From the NCBI GenBank assembly GCA_029717555.1, contig JAMDHS010000009.1, forward strand, positions 1-64,000: DNA of 64,000 bases. The letters are read 5' to 3'. Both the position numbers and the translations under genes were made by a program. Positions 63,001-64,000 of the stretch are shown here, piece by piece. How positions within the stretch are numbered: the first letter of the stretch is position 1; each line of letters starts with the position of its first letter. The notes below the pieces were generated by a model that was given only the letters and a program-made list of their open reading frames with translations, was not told the DNA's origin and did no database searches. The DNA comes from Peribolospora baueri. Taxonomy: Eukaryota.

Positions 63001-63999
63001 TCATCGCTGGAGCCAGACGCCGGTCTCCTTCTCGTCGAGCCATCGGTTGATGGACCGCAGCGCGCCCTCGTCCATATGATCCAGACACGGCTTGTTCAGT
63101 TTCTGCTCTCCCAACGTGCCCCTGTACCACATCCATCCCCACTCTAGCCAGTCCTTCAGCGCCGGCGGCCTCTTCCCCACAGGATCCACATCGTTCACCT
63201 CCGAAGGGTTGTCCGCGCTGCGTGAGCGTTGGATGACGAGCGGGGGATGGACGGCGAGGCCGGTGAGGACGCGGTTGCTCACGAGCCGGGCCATGTCGAC
63301 GTCGACGTTGTGGACGATGTTGTTAGGGGAGAGGTGCTTGAGGAAGAGCGCCGCGCCGGACGGCGTGAGGAGGTATCCGGACGACCAGATGGGGTGGATG
63401 GCGGGGTGGAGCTCGTAGAGCGTCGACGACTCGTTGTGGGTGTAGGCCGAGATGGGGTGACGGGAGCGCGGGTTGTCGTGGTGGGAGAGGTAGACAATGT
63501 CGAACGTGGACGTATCGGAGGGGAGGATGTTCTGAAGGAGCGAGGAGAGGTCGTGTTCGGTGTCCACGTCGTCCTCGAAGATGAGCGTCAGCGGCTGGTC
63601 GGACGCGGCGACCATCTTCCAGGCGGCGTAGTGGCTGAGGTAGGAGCCTACGCGGCCGACGTCGGTGCGATGGGCCATTTGGAGACGCGCGGACACAGCG
63701 TCGGTCGACGCGGAAAAGGCTGGGAGGAGCGAGGCGGAGGCGTTGAGCTTGTGAACGACGCGGAGCATGGAGACGCGCCTGTCACGGCGATGGGGCAAGT
63801 TGATGATCAGCGTGCGGTCCAGAGGCCGCAGAGACGGCAGGTCGGCATTGAAGTGGAGAATGGAGGGAGGGTCGAAGCCATTGAAAGGCAAGTCGAGGAC
63901 GGGGTAGCGAGGGGAAGAACGAAGGATGAAGATGGCGACGACGAAAGAGATGGCGATGCAGATGGCGAGAGGGCGACCCCTGCCGGCGAACAAGGACAT
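63001..63999 (-). CDS. Glycosyltransferase family 25-like type II membrane protein, intronless; start lies at the window edge
   Basis: N-terminal TM anchor; IINL.HRRDRR, G.YLSHY.AW, LIFEDDV, FDIVYL, GYLLT.SGA..FL, VD. Confidence 0.8.
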   Translation of the reverse strand: MSLFAGRGRPLAICIAISFVVAIFILRSSPRYPVLDLPFNGFDPPSILHFNADLPSLRPLDRTLIINLPHRRDRRVSMLRVVHKLNASASLLPAFSASTDAVSARLQMAHRTDVGRVGSYLSHYAAWKMVAASDQPLTLIFEDDVDTEHDLSSLLQNILPSDTSTFDIVYLSHHDNPRSRHPISAYTHNESSTLYELHPAIHPIWSSGYLLTPSGAALFLKHLSPNNIVHNVDVDMARLVSNRVLTGLAVHPPLVIQRSRSADNPSEVNDVDPVGKRPPALKDWLEWGWMWYRGTLGEQKLNKPCLDHMDEGALRSINRWLDEKETGVWLQR

Positions 64000-64000
64000 G

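Overview
Gene-dense, GC-rich, intron-containing fungal DNA, most likely a basidiomycete (short GT-AG introns with GTGAGT/GTGCGT donors and CTGAC/CTAAC branch sites). About 21 protein-coding genes, mostly housekeeping: an Sfr1/Mei5-like protein, AVL9, 3-hydroxyacyl-CoA dehydrogenase, Cwf18, IAH1, OCA6, PDX3, RSM22, a mitochondrial carrier, NUP170, a TBC Rab-GAP, otubain, CDC6, MGM1, a PUF protein, SSL1 and GPH1. The clear accessory element is a lone, divergent type I polyketide synthase (KS-AT-DH-KR-ACP; no MT, ER or TE domain). Its KS, AT, KR and ACP catalytic motifs are present, but it lacks a recognisable KS N-terminus and shows three apparent frame changes, all within the dehydratase domain. 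Also notable: a candidate AFF/Ebp1-like elongation scaffold, an orphan secreted Gly-rich protein, an intronless GT25 glycosyltransferase, micro-exons carrying signature motifs, an MCB-like cluster upstream of CDC6 and recurrent promoter CACGTGA boxes. I saw no rRNA, tRNA, transposon or CRISPR. Gene boundaries were spliced by eye and are approximate.
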